From positions 69,008,001 to 69,072,000 of the forward strand of contig NW_024704742.1 in assembly GCF_018977255.1 (NCBI RefSeq): a DNA stretch of 64,000 bases, in the 5' to 3' direction. The first letter of the stretch is position 1; each line of letters begins with the position of its first letter. The DNA is from Callorhinchus milii. Taxonomy: Eukaryota. The notes under the pieces were generated by a model, which did not search any database, was not told where the DNA came from, and worked only from the letters and a program-made list of their open reading frames with translations. This document shows, piece by piece, positions 26,023 through 39,251 of the stretch. The translations under genes and the position numbers were made by a program.

Positions 26023-26319
26023 AGACGTCTCAATGACCTGATAAGACGCTATATCAAATGCAAGGATTATTATTATTATTTACGATGTTCTAGTGAGCTT
26101 CAATAGACAGCAAGTGGCAGGTTAGAATGTTCTGGATGGAGATTGATGGTGTCCTCTGCATTGTATTAGCAACACAATTTAATAGTTTAAAATCAATAGG
26201 CAATGAAATATTCCTTCATATTTATTATTACATGGGTCACCAACTCTCTAGTAGTTTCTAGAATCTCTAGAACACATGTTGTGTTGAGGCCTGTTAACCA
26301 TTTCTGGACTGGAGCCTTT
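26023..26319 (+). repeat. Dispersed direct repeat, copy 2
   Basis: Matches 21107-21380 with small indels. Confidence 0.92.
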
Positions 26320-27150
26320 AAACATTTATTTATTTATTGGATTTGTGTTATTATTACATATCGGCACTTGTCCACATTATTATTGGAACACTTGGACCCC
26401 GGGTACTTTAAGTGATAGACAAATAGCCAAATGATTCAACAGACGGCAGAAATGATAGATTCTGAAAATATAATCCACATCACTGTTAATCTAACCCTGA
26501 GCAGAGCACACATGGTCTCCCCAAACAGATGCCATTGATTTCTGCCAACATCTGCTTAAACATTACATTGACATTTCTCAAATTGATTTTTGGCTTATAC
26601 AATCGCTTCCCTCGCGTGCCCTCACCACAAAATCCAAGTATTGTCCATATCGTTCTATATGATAATTATCAAATGGACAAGTCATGAAATGTAATAATGT
26701 AATTATCATATAGAAAAGTTATGAAACTTTATAATGCAGCATTTGACCTGCTAATTGTCACAAAGAGCACATTACAAGAAGAAGAGTCCTTACATATGGT
26801 AAGCACAAGTGTTCTTCACGTTGGGAGGATGTCTCAAAATGCTTTTCAGGATTTACTGTAAAATTAGGTGACGACTGTGTGTTTTGCAGGCAAAAGCGGC
26901 AACCAACCTGCCCCCCACAACCTCCCACAAATAGTCATGAAGAGAATGACCAATTGTATCTGGGAGGATTGTTGGCCAGGATATTCCCTTCACTTTTGGA
27001 ATGGGCGATCGCTGTACGCAAATTGAGTGCTGCGTTCATCTGCGGAATGCAGTCACTGTGCTTCATAGTAAAATCATTTTAAGACATTTTCCTTACATTA
27101 AAGGCGCTGTATCAAATGTGATGTTTCTTTCATTTTGATTTTATTTCACA

Positions 27151-27503
27151 TGGAGTCCTGTAGTGTTCGAACACTTGCCTCACAAGCAAGAAGACCTGGG
27201 TTTGATTCCCAGGGGGGATTCCACATTCCTGTGTTTACTTAGCAGTAAGTAGGAACCCAGTTGTTAGTCGATTGGCGGATCGCTTACCGGAGATAATTAT
27301 CCCTTTTAAAAAATATATAATAATAATAATTTGGTCACTCCATCCACGACTGTTTGTGGGAGACTGCTGTGCGCAATTGGCTGTTGCTTTTCACCCACAA
27401 AATATACAAAAAATTCACTTTACAGTATATCGTGTGGAGCACTTTGAGACGTCTCAACAATGTGATAAGGCGCTATATCAAAAGCAATGATTATTATTAT
27501 TAT
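27151..27503 (+). mobile_element. tRNA-Ala-headed SINE, long-body subfamily
   Basis: tggagtcctgtag head, agcagtaagtaggaacccagttgttagtcgattgg segment, (ATT)n tail. Confidence 0.85.
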
Positions 27504-28757
27504 TTATCCATTTTAATTTTATTTAACAGCAAAACGCAGCAGAGACCAGGATTCGAACCAGCAAGCTCCCGCTACCGTAAACTGCAGCTCTGTCCACCAT
27601 AGACTGTTCCCATCAGGGGGGGACATTGAGTTTAGAGGCTGAAGCGTCCCAGCTTATCTGAGAGCCAAGCTGCTGAAAATCCTTGTGGACTAAGCAAGCT
27701 TGTCCCTCAAAGCACTATCGAGGGCTGCCAAGCGCATCCCGACTCCACAGTTTAGCGACTTAGTGACAAGTGCAGCCAGTCTCACAACAAAACAACCAGT
27801 TTAAGGGCTTACCTGGGGAGCTCAGTCCATGTGTGTCTTTCATGCATTTCTTATTAATTTGGGGCAAATGTAAATCTAAAACATTTAAGGGACTCACATT
27901 TTCACAGCACGTTCTCGTGTAGGGACCTCTCAATGAAGTGAGGCTGCAGGTAATTACAGTCTTTCTCGGTTCCTGCTTTTGGATGCAATGGAGCAAGACG
28001 CTTGCAAAGGAAGATTCCAGAAGATACTTTGGACCGAAGCAAGAGGATAAAAGTGGATTCATCAGCAATGTTCCATGTACATTTGAAACATTGTGGTCTT
28101 CCTTTTCAACCGTGCCTTTGGTCATCTTCCCTCCTCCACGCCCTTTGCCCTCCACCCCTCTTTGAGCCCAACCTACAGCTCGGGTGCAAACCTCTCACTG
28201 CCCTGTGCCTTGGGACATCCTCCTAACGTGAAAGGAGCTGTATGATGCAATTTGTTGTTGGTGGTGTCTATCACTGCACTGAACTAAAAGGAATGCAGGG
28301 ATATTAAAAATAATAATAATAACCCTAGCATCTAGGATAGAATCTTATCACGTCAAGAGAAGGAAGTTTCTCCCAGTGTCCTGGTCACCAACATTCCAAC
28401 TAAAGAAATTGGTTTAATTTCATGACAGTTTGTTGAATGTGTGCAAAAGGCAATCCAAGTCAATCACAGATGTCCATTTACTGTGCCATATTCAAAGATG
28501 GCTCCCCTGCCCTCCTTGCCACACACTGTGAGGTCCATCGGAGTCTGTGCAGTGAGGAGGGAGGTGAGTCGGAAGCGGCCATGTATCTACAGCTCACCTC
28601 CCCTTAAAGAGAGAATTGGGGGTCGTGGGGGTGAGAGGGGGGACTAGAGCCCTTTTAGCCCTTGCCAGACCTCCTACAGTGCTTTCAGAGGTTACCAAAC
28701 AAAACAAAAATAATAATCCTTTCATTTGACACAGTTCCTTTCATGTTGTGGAAGCTG

Positions 28758-29400
28758 TAGAAACATAGAAATGCAGGAGCATAGGAACATAGGAACAATA
28801 GGAACATAGAAACATAGGAGCATAGGAACATAGGAACATAGAACCATAGGAGCATAGGAACATAGGAACATAGAAACATAGGAGCATAGGAACATAGAAA
28901 CATAGGAACATAGAAACATAGGAACATAGAAACATAGGAGCATAGGAACATAGAAACGTAGGAACATAGAAACAATAGGAACATAGAAACATAGGAACAT
29001 AGAAACAATAGGAACATAGAAACAATAGGAACATAGAAACATAGGAACATAGAAACATAGGAACATAGAAACATAGGAACATAGAAACATAGGAACATAG
29101 AAACATAGGAACATGGAAACAATAGGAACATAGAAACACAGGAACATAGAAACATAGGAGCATAGAAACATAGGAACATAGAAACATAGGAGCATAGGAA
29201 CATAGAAACATAGAAACATAGAAACATAAGAACATAGAAACATAGGGACATAGAAACATAGGAATATAGGGACATAGGAACGTAGAAACATAGGAAAGTA
29301 GAAACAGAGGAACATAGGAACATAGAAACATAAGAACATAGGAACATAGAAACATAGAAACATAGAAACATAGGAATATAGGAACATACGAACATAGGAA
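28758..29400. repeat. Minisatellite of 8-9-bp units (cataggaa/catagaaa/cataggag/caataggaa)
   Basis: ~640 bp tandem array; source of three spurious long ORFs. Confidence 0.97.
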
Positions 29401-29476
29401 CAGGAATAGGCCATTCAGCCCCTCACGCCTGTTCGGCATTCTGTTAGATCATGACTGATCTGTACCTCAACTCCAA
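29401..29476 (-). mobile_element. CR1 LINE 3' terminal fragment whose tail is the adjacent array
   Basis: Reverse complement reads ...aggggctgaatggcctattcctg then (ttcctatg)n; same terminus as 7325-7420, 13095-13183 and 59570-59648. Confidence 0.88.
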
Positions 29477-31096
29477 TCATCTCAAAGTGCTTCATAGGAT
29501 TTATTGTGCCTTAATTCCTCCGCCTTGTCCAGTTTTTGCCCGTCACAGACTGGTTGAGCTGAGTGACCTGTTTCCATGCTGCACGATCTTTGTAAATTTT
29601 TGTCTTCAGATCCCACCTGAAGATTTTCCTGCTCGACCGCACCTATGTCCACCTCCCTCACCCCTCACCGGCTCGGGGTCAGGATCCACCACTGTTAAGT
29701 GCTCTGAGATACTACCCCTCGAGAAGGCCGCTGAATAAATGTGAGTTGTTGTTGTTGTACTGTTAAGTGTATTGGGTGTGTATTGCGTAAGCGAATTTCA
29801 ACAACGCCAGCATCAAAAGGAAGGGTTAATGTTGCTATAATTGTGTGCGTCATCTGTATTTATGTGCTTGGTCTTGAAGAGAGCAGTATTGATGGCCAGC
29901 TACATATAATATAATGTAGACTGACCCTACTAAACAACCTCTGATCCGAGGATCTCATTTTACAATTGACCGGCCTAACCTTAATCCCCTCACCTCCCCA
30001 CCCCCTCCTTCCTATCCCCTCCACCCCCCCACCCCCTTCACACACACACACACACACACACACACATGCCATTCTATTATTTTATTTGAAAGAGAATTGG
30101 ATAAATCTCTGAGGAAAGAAAATTAAGGGGAGGAGTGTGGAATGGGAGTAAATAGCACCCTCCCGTGGAAGCACTAAGAATAGCTTAGATGTAATGGGCC
30201 CAACTGGTTTTCAAGCGTGCTGAAAATGTCAAGGATTCGATGGAGCTATTGTAATGGGGCGTTGGACGGGGGGGGAACGCAAGCTATCGTTATAAACAAG
30301 TTAAGATTACATTAAGAGGTAATAATGGCTGTGGTGAAATGATGGGGGAAGAGAAATTAAAAGATCTGTAGAGAGACTAGAGAAGCTGGAATTGTTCTCC
30401 TTAGAGCAGAAGGTTGAGGGGAGATTTAATAGAGGTGTTCAAAGTTATGAGGAGTTTTGATAGAGTAAATAAGGAGAAATTGTTTCCTCTGGCGGGTGGG
30501 TCATTAACCAGAGGACACAGATTTAAGATAATTGGCAAAAGAACTAGAGGGGAGACCAAGTGAATATACTATAAAGTGGATTGACTGTGCATTTTGTAGA
30601 CGAATGCGACAGACAATTTGCATATAGTAATGAGCCACAAACAGCCATAGAGTGAGTGATCAATTTTATTTGGGGTAATTGTTGGCCAGGACACTGGGAG
30701 AAACTCCCTTTTCTTTTTGAACAGTGCCATGGGATCTTTAACTCCACCTGAACAGGCAGATGGGACCTCGTTTTAATGTCTCATCCAAAGGACAGTACCT
30801 CCGACAATTGCAACAGACCCTCAGGACTGCATTGCGGTGTAAACTTAGACTATGTGATTCATAAGGTTGTGTCAGGACTATGAGCTCATAATTCAGGCTG
30901 ACACCCCATTGTGTGGAGCTCTGCATTGCTGGACTTTGGATGACATGTTAAGATGAGGGTCTATTCAGGTGAACTTTAAACATCCCAAGACACCATTTGA
31001 ATGGAGATGTTTATCTCTTGCTATCCTGGCCAACAATCCTCTGCCTAAATTAATCATCGACTTCTTGGCTGTTTGTGGGATTATATGTTGCTTTGT

Positions 31097-31441
31097 TATC
31101 CCCTACCAACCCGCCCACTCCCTCCGCTCAGATGGCTCTGGCCTGCTCCACGTCCCCCGACCCACCCGCCCCACTATTGGCAGGAGAGCCTTCAGCCACT
31201 GCCCCCAACCTCTGGAATTCCATCCCCCAGTCACTCCGCCTCACCCCCTCCTTAGCCTCCTTCAAGTCCCGCCTCAAGACCCTCCTCTTCGACCATGCCA
31301 TCGGTCACCCCCCTTCCCCTCCCCCTCCCTTACCCTCCCCCAACCCCAGCTAGGGTCTGAAATGCTGTACTCTGTCCAGCACCTTGGGACATCCTCCCAA
31401 CGTGAAAGGCGCTATACAAATGTAATCTTCTTGTTGTTGTT
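31097..31441 (+). mobile_element. L2 3' fragment
   Basis: PNLWNSIPQSLRL...FKSRLKTLLF; tail gtgaaaggcgctatacaaatgtaatcttcttgttgttg. Confidence 0.88.
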
Positions 31442-31747
31442 TGCGCACTTCATGGTAATCCCAGTTGTTAGGCTGGCTCAGTTGGTAGCACACTCCCCTC
31501 TAAGTCAGAGAGTTGTATTTTCGTGTTAGGACATTGAGCTCCAAGTTGAGGGGTCTTTGACAGAGGTGCAGTATTTGTAATGATATAATAATAACAATCC
31601 TTACAATTTGGTACAGTGTATTGGTTAGAGCACTCTTCTTGCAAGATGACCCCGGTTCGATTCCCAAAACCTCAGGCAAGTTTCCTTACGCCACATGCCT
31701 GTTTACCTAGATGTAAGTAGGAACCTGGTTGTTAGACGATTGGTGGA

Positions 31748-32040
31748 TCCTTGCTTTTGATATAGCACCTCATCACATCATTGAGATGCCTCAAAGAGCT
31801 TCACAGAATACATTGTAAAGTGGAATTGACTGTATATTTGTGAGCAAAATGAGGTAGCCAATTGCACAACAGCAATGTTTCACAAACAACCGTGGACTGA
31901 GTGACCAATTTTCTTTAAGGGATTAATACCCTTGGAAAACGATCCACCAATCGACTAACAACCAGGTTCCTACTTACTGCTAGGTAAACAGAGGCGTGTG
32001 GAGTAAGGAAATTTGCCTAAGGTTTTGCACCGTCCGGGAC
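31748..32040 (-). mobile_element. SINE, long-body subfamily, following a plus-strand SINE head (31610-31750)
   Basis: SINE body and tail motifs. Confidence 0.8.
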
Positions 32041-32574
32041 AGTACAATATGTAAGTTGTATTGTACTGTATGTAAGCGCAGTGAAAGGAGAGGTCTTAAG
32101 ACTTTTAAGGGGTTTTAAAGATGGGGAGGAGGGAAGGAGGCAATGAGGGACTCTGGTCTGCTAGGAGTTAAAACCCACAAGACTTAAACACACAGAGCAA
32201 GTTTGGCACCCTGGGAAGAGAAAGAGTTTGTTTGCAATTTACGGGCTGGAGAGACTGTGCAAGTGATTATTAAAGCCAGTCTCAGTTTGATGGATTGACT
32301 GACCTGTAACCAGAATTGTATTTGACACTATCTTCTTGCAGAACATGCAGATGTCTTCTACAAGAGCAAAGTCCTTTGAAATCTAATTGGAAACCAGAGT
32401 TACAAATAATTTAGGAGGTAGATGAAGGATATCTTAATTTTCTTTGAGATCAAATAATAATATAATGTCAGCCTGGCTCAGTCGCTAACACTCTCACTGC
32501 TGAGTCAGACAGGTGTGGGTTCAAGCCCGCACATCGGAACATTGAGCTCACAATCTAGGCCGATGCTCCAATGC

Positions 32575-32876
32575 AAGGCCGGGGGCCTAAAAGATTAAAT
32601 TACAAGGACATGTTAGATAAATTTAATCTGCATTGCCTTAAATTTGGATGGTTGAGGAACGATGTGATTGAGGTTTTCAAAATAATAAAGGGATCTGATA
32701 GGGTAGTTACAGAGAAACTATTTCCTCTGATGGGGGAATCCAGAACAAGGGGCATAATCTTAAATTAGAGCTAGGGCATTTAGGAGTGAAATCAGATAGC
32801 AGTTTTTCACTTAAAGGTTGGTGGAAATCTGGAACTCTCTCCCCCAAAAGGCTGTGGATGCTGGATCCATTCACAC
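32575..32876 (+). mobile_element. CR1 LINE fragment inserted in an old DeuSINE
   Basis: LNYKDMLDKFNL...LRNDVIEVFKIIKG.DRV...LFPL.GESRTRG; very similar to 59150-59495. Confidence 0.88.
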
Positions 32877-33347
32877 TTTGATCATGGCTGTTTTTGATCA
32901 TCTTCATGGCTGTTTAGAGAACGTTGCTGTACCCCAGTTGGCTTCTGGGTTTGCCTAAAAAATGCATATTCACTACACTTTACAGTTCGATCCTGTGGGG
33001 TATTGTTGAGATATTCTCCCAACATGAAAGGTGCTGTAACAAGGATGCCAAGATTATTACTATTTAAAGAGTATTTTTTCCAGGAAGTGCTGTGTTAATG
33101 GACTTTGATGGGAATGTTCTCATGTCTTCCGAGAGGAACAAATAGATTTAATTTCCAAGCCTTGCCAATTTTGCACTTCCTTCCTCGCATCTGTGGTCAG
33201 AGAAGGTTTGAGAGACAGGTTATATCAACATCTACATTAAAGTAAACTCTCAGATCATTTTCAGATCTGTACCAACTCTGCATCTCTGTCACCCTAGTCC
33301 CTGCCAGGCTCCACAATCGATGTTAAGGTCCTCACCCTCACCTACAA

Positions 33348-33663
33348 TGGAGTCCTGTAGCTCAGTGGTTAGAGCACTCGCTTTGCAAATGAGAGACCTG
33401 AGTTCAATTCCAGGCAGGGCGAAATCTTGGGCAAGTTTCCTTACTCCACACGTCTAATAATAATCCCTCCAAAAAAAAAAACCAATAATAAATTGGTCAT
33501 TTTCAATCCATGACTGTTTGTGGGACATTGCTGTGCGCAATTGGCTGCCGCGTTTCACCCACAAATATACAGTCAATTCACTTTACAGTATATTCTGTGA
33601 AGCGCGTTGGGACATCTAGAAGACATGAAAAGCACTATATCAAATGCAAGGATTATTATTTAT
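33348..33663 (+). mobile_element. tRNA-Ala-headed SINE, short body, inserted in an L2 fragment
   Basis: TSD tacaa at 33343-33347 and 33664-33668. Confidence 0.9.
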
Positions 33664-34365
33664 TACAAACCCCTTCTCACCCGAGAACTTTCCTTTTCTC
33701 TGATCTCTTCCTACCTCACTCCACTGCTCACCCCCTCCGCTCAGCTCACTCAATTTTTATCTGGGGGAATTTTTTTGAATTAATTTTTGATCTATTATTG
33801 GTCAGGAAACTAAGAGAAACTAGCGCCAAGGGAACTGTAGCATCCACCTGAGCAGGTGAATAGGACCTCGGTTTAACCATTCATCCAAAGGATGGCACCT
33901 CCAATAATGCAGCAATACCCGAACACTCACTCATACATACACACACACACATTCGTATTATCCCCCAGCTTGAACTGCTCTAGACTGTGTCACTCATAGC
34001 TCCAAGTCCTGAAGTCACTGTACAGGGAGTGGTTAGTGATGTAGTATTTGGAAGCCAATTCATTTGAATAATAAATGAACATTGAAAGGGATGGAGCACT
34101 CTTCCAAGTGTTCGCTGGCAAACTTGCATGCGTGCAATTCTCCCTTAGAGTGCCAAAAACAACAGCAGCATCTTGCTATCACTCCAAAGCCAGAGAATGG
34201 GCCACCCAAGGTTGGGCCAAATTGTTGAGCTGGAAAGCCAGGAAAAAAAATTATAGCTTCTTGGGCCATGTACATAACGTTAGATAAAGAGAGTGCTTAA
34301 AACTAGCTTGAATACGCAATCTGCCATCCAGTACTACTTACTCATCTACTTAATGATGAGGGCTT

Positions 34366-34702
34366 AATAATAATAATCCTTGCATTTGTTATAGCACTTT
34401 ATCACGTCATGGAGACGTCTCAAAGCGCTTCACAATACATACTGTAAAGTGAATTGACTGTATATTTTGTGGGCGAAACACATAGCACCGTTGCACACAG
34501 CAGTGCCCAATAAACAGTTGTGGATTGAGTGATCCAATTTTTTTTAGAGAGGGATTAATACCCCTGGAAAGCGATCCACCATTGACTTAACAATCAGGTA
34601 AACGGGCGTCTGGAGTAAAGAAATTTCCCTAAGGTTTCGTCCTGCCAGGGATTTGAACTTGGCTCCTCTTGAGTGCTCTAATCAATACACTACAGGACTC
34701 CA
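34366..34702 (-). mobile_element. tRNA-Ala-headed SINE, long body
   Basis: Tail at 34366, head end caggactcca at ~34702. Confidence 0.83.
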
Positions 34703-35261
34703 GAAACAACAGCTGACGTGGGAACATTGAAATTTCTGCCGTGTTAGATCATGGAAGGTGGGAGCTTTACCCCATTTGTAAGTCAACTGAAACTCATGTT
34801 AGGCTGGAGGAGAAGATTAAAATTGATGAAGTGCAATTAAGACTTTTCGCTTTAGGATAAAGCAAGCAGCTGTAAGGCCAGAGCTATTAGAAACTACTTA
34901 ATTATACATACCGGATTAACCCTCGGAGCACTTTTAATTGGCAGGAATGCAGTTTAGCAGTTCTGAAGATGGCCTTAGGATTTGTCAAGCTACTGTAATG
35001 CATTTTCGGCTCACATGATTAACAGCGCTGTTACTTTACCCGCCGCACAATACATCAGGTAAACATCTGGTACATTGTTGGGAAGCACTGGCCCCATCGT
35101 GGGGCAATCCATCACAGCTGGTGCAGAGAAAAAGCAGGGAACGCGTGAGAAAACAAGGCAGCAAAGCGGGTCGGTTTGATAAAGGTTGAGGTTATTATTA
35201 TTATCCTAATAATAATATTATTATCCTAATGATGATATCAAATAATCATAATAATAATTAT

Positions 35262-35600
35262 CATAATCCTTGCTGATGTAGCATCTTATCATGTTGCTAA
35301 GACGTCTCAAAGCGCTTCACAGAATATACTGTAAAGTGAATTGACTATATTTTATAGTGAAACACAGCAGCCAATTGTGTACAACAGTGTCCCACAAACA
35401 GCCGTGTATTGAGTGAACAATTTTTTTTAAGGGATTATTACGCCTGGAAAGCGATCCACCAATCGACTAACTACCGGTTCCTACTTATTTCTAGATAAAA
35501 CGTGGCGTAAGGAGTAAGGAAACTTGCCTAAGGTTTTGCCGTGCCCGGGAATCAAACCCAGGTCCTCTCGCTTGCAAGGCGAGTGCTCTGACCAATATGC
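35262..35600 (-). mobile_element. tRNA-Ala-headed SINE, long body
   Basis: Tail, body and head motifs. Confidence 0.83.
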
Positions 35601-36037
35601 TTTACCAAATTACAAGGATTATTATTATTCTATCATTGCAAATACTATACCTCTGTCAGCTCCAATGTTAGAATGATGTCTCTCAGTTTGAATCCCTTTG
35701 TCCAAGCAAATCAATACACCAGCTATATTTCTCTCAAGACAGTTTGCAAGCAATTACTCCAGTGAGCGACAAATAGCTCTGCTGAGACAGTAATGAATTA
35801 GATAATTAAGAACAAAGTGTAAGCTTAATTATACTTCTAAATTGTGACCTGTAGCGAGTTTCTGTCATCAAGCACCCCGAGATTAGCTCATTTATTCAGT
35901 GTGGACTGTTCCCACAGTTCGGGTGTCAGCCTGGTTCAGTCAGTCATACTCTCAGCTCTAAGTCAGAGGATTGTCGGTTCAAGCCCCATGCCAGGACTTT
36001 TGAGCTTGCAGTCTAGGCAGTCTAGGCTAACGCTCCA

Positions 36038-36465
36038 ATAATAATAATAATAATAATAATAATCCTTGTATTTGATATGGCGCCTTATCACTTCATTGAG
36101 AAATCTCAAAGGGTTCACAGGATGTACTATAAAGTATAGTTTTTGTGTACTTTTATGGGAGAAATGCAGCATCCAGTTGCACACAGCAGTGTCCCACAAA
36201 CAGCTATGGAGTGATTGATCAATGTTACTTGGGGGATTCACTTTTCAAATAGAGTTATATGATCTTTAACATCCATCTGAACAGGCACAGACAGGATCTT
36301 GGTTTAAGGCCTTATCCAAAGGATGACACCTCCTACAAAACAGCGCTCCCTCAGAACTGCACTGGAATGACAGCATAAACTCTAGGAGATTCAATCCTGG
36401 CGCTCTGAATCCACTACCTTCAGCCTCAAAGGCAAGAGTGCTACTAACTGAGCCAGGATGACACT
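36038..36465 (-). mobile_element. Old SacSINE1-like DeuSINE with (AAT)n tail
   Basis: Tail, Deu core and head (aactgagccaggatgacac). Confidence 0.75.
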
Positions 36466-37811
36466 TAAATTAAGAGGCTTCGTTGATGTATTTATTCATT
36501 CCTCATCTTTCAAATTGGCAGGAACACAATTATGAGAACAGATGTCCCATTGAGTTGTTGGCAGAGGGGCTGAGGTAAAGGAATTGGGATTTGTATAGTC
36601 TACGCCAAAAGTGTTTGGCATTCTCTCTGTTAATTTCTTCTTCTGTCCAACTGTAGCTATATTAGTTATGTATAACTAATCTTAGATTTCATATTACTAA
36701 TAATCCTTATGTTTGTTTAAAAATAATAATGATACTCCTTGCATTTGATGTCCCAAATCTGTTTCAGTTGGTAGCGCTCTCACCTCTGAGTCAGAAAGTT
36801 ATGGGTTCAAACCCACAGACAGGAACTCAGTTTAATGTCTCATCCAAAGGACATCACCTCCGACAATGCAAACCCCAACCTCTCCCAGCAATGCATTGGA
36901 GTGTCAGCTTAGACTATGTGATTCCGAGTCCCAGTGTCGGGCTTGAAGCCACAACATTCTGACTCAAAGGTGCGAGAGCTACCGACTGAGCGAGTGTATT
37001 ATATAAGTGTATTTATTAACAATAATAAATTGGTCATTTTCAATCCACGACTGTTTGTGGGACATTGCTGTGTGCAATTGGCTGCCGCGTTCACCCACAA
37101 CTATACAGTCAATTCACTTTACAGTGTGTTCTGTAAAGCGCTTTGGGACGTCTTCCCGATGTGAAAAGCGCTATATCAAATGCAAGGATTATTATTATTA
37201 TTAAGTGAACACAGCAGCCAATTTGTGCACAGCAACATCCCAAAGCAGTCCGAGGGAGGGCACTGAGTATCTCCCTCTGCACAGCATTCATTAGCAAACT
37301 CATGACAGATGCTAATCCTCACCTGAAAAGTAAGTGGAGACTTAATATAATTTTTTTTTGTGTGTGTGTAAAGAATAAATTACACTACGGCAGGATGCAA
37401 AGCGTCAAAAGATAGATGAGCCACGCAGAGGGGATTAATCTGCACTTCTGAAGCATGGACGTAACATAAGCACAGTTTTAATTCAGGATTCCCCCGGGAG
37501 GGAGGAGGGAGAGGGGATGAGGTGAGATGAGCTCCAAGTTTTTTCCTCTGGAATCCCCCTGGTAAATACTATTCACTCTCTGGTTGCTATGTTTTTCACA
37601 TCCAAGTTGTGATGCAGTGAAATATTACTGTTTGTTGTTGAGGATAAGAATGGAGGCAAAGCATTTAGACTGTAGCCATCACCATGATTTTATTGATGGG
37701 GGTGGATAAAAATAATAATTCGGTCACTCAATCCGCAACTGTTTGTAGGACGCTGCTGTGTGCAATTGGCTGCCGTGTTTCACCCACAAAATACACAATG
37801 ATTAAAGTCTG

Positions 37812-38570
37812 CAACAACAAAATTACATTTGTAAAGTGCCTTTCATGTCGGGAGGACGTCTCAAGAAGCTGAACAGTCGGGGATCAGGACCTAAGTGTGG
37901 GGGGTAGGGTTGGGATAAAGGAGGGCAGAGGGGGTAGGAGGACAGCTGAAGGCACGGTCGAAAAGGAGGGCCTTGAGTTATGCCTGGAAGGAGATAAAAG
38001 AGGGAGCAAGGCGAAGGGATTGTGGGATGGAGTTCCAAATAGTGGGGGCAGAGAGGCTGAAAGCCCGGCTGCCGATGGTAGGACGGGTCGGGCGGAAGAC
38101 CTGGAGCAGGCCGGAGCCTGTTGAGCGGAGGGAGCGGACAGGTTGGTAGGGAGTCAGCAGGTCAGAGATGTAGGAGGGCCAAGGCCATGGAGGGACTTGA
38201 AAGTGAGGACGAGGATTTTGAATTCTATCCTCTGAGGGATAGGGGGTGATGGGGTCACAGAGCCTGGTACATGGGAGGACACGAGCTGCAGAGTTCTGGA
38301 TGATCTTCAGCTTGTGGAGGGTAGAGTTGGGGAGGCCGACAAGGAGGGAGTTTCCATAGCCAAGCTTGAGGTGACGAATGCATGTATAAAGGTTTTGGCG
38401 GCCTGAGGCGTGAAGCAGTGGCAGAGTTGGGAAATGTTCCGGAGGTGAGGGAGGTCATGGCACAGATATGCGGGAGAAAGGATAGTTGAGGGTCGAACAA
38501 GACGCCCAGGTTCCTGACTGGCTTGGTAAGGTGGTGTGTGCATTCATGGATGCTGATGCTGCCAGTGCCT
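37812..38570 (-). mobile_element. 5'-truncated L2 inserted in a plus-strand SINE
   Basis: HLRNISQL.HCFTPQAAKTFIHAFVTSSL; host SINE at 37715-37800 resumes at ~38578. Confidence 0.88.
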
Positions 38571-38939
38571 GATATATCTACAATATATTCTATGAAGCGC
38601 TTTGAGACGTCTCAACGATTTGAAAAGGCATTATATTAAATGTAAGGATAGAATGCCTCATTATTATCATAGAGGGGTAATAGGAGAGAGAATGGGAGAG
38701 GTGGGAGCCTTGAGTGGTGATAAACATCGGCACGGACTAGTTGGACCAAATGCCTGTATCCATGCTGTATCGTTCTCTGTAATTCTATGTGTATTTCATC
38801 CCTAACACATCTGCTGTTTTTGAGATTCCTCTTGCCCACTTTTCTGTCTATCCATTGATATGCATTTGGGCGGGTCCCTCTAGGGAGAGAGAGAGCATGT
38901 TCCGTTCCAGATAAGGGGAAATTTCCATGTGTAGATGAC

Positions 38940-39251
38940 ATAATAATGATAATCCTTGTAATATGATATAACGCCTTATTTTAGAGACGTCTCAAAGTGC
39001 TTCACAGAATATATTTTAAAGTGGATTAACTGTGTATTTTGTGGGAGAAATGCGGTAGCCAATTGTGCACAGCAGTGTCCCCCAAACAGTCGTGGATTGA
39101 ATGACCAATTTTTTTTGAAGGGATTATTACCCCCGGAAAGAGATCCGCCAATAGGAAGGAAACTTGCCTAAGGTTTTGCTCTGTCCAGGAATCAAACCTG
39201 TGTCATCTCGCTTGTAAGGCACGTGCACTAACCATTGGGCTACGGGACTCT
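38940..39251 (-). mobile_element. tRNA-Ala-headed SINE
   Basis: Tail, body and head motifs. Confidence 0.8.

Noticed and set aside
28758..29400. CRISPR-like array
   Set aside because: Tandem units with no unique spacers; vertebrate DNA, no cas genes
28685..29439. Three overlapping 230-aa ORFs
   Set aside because: Translation of a stop-free 8-bp minisatellite
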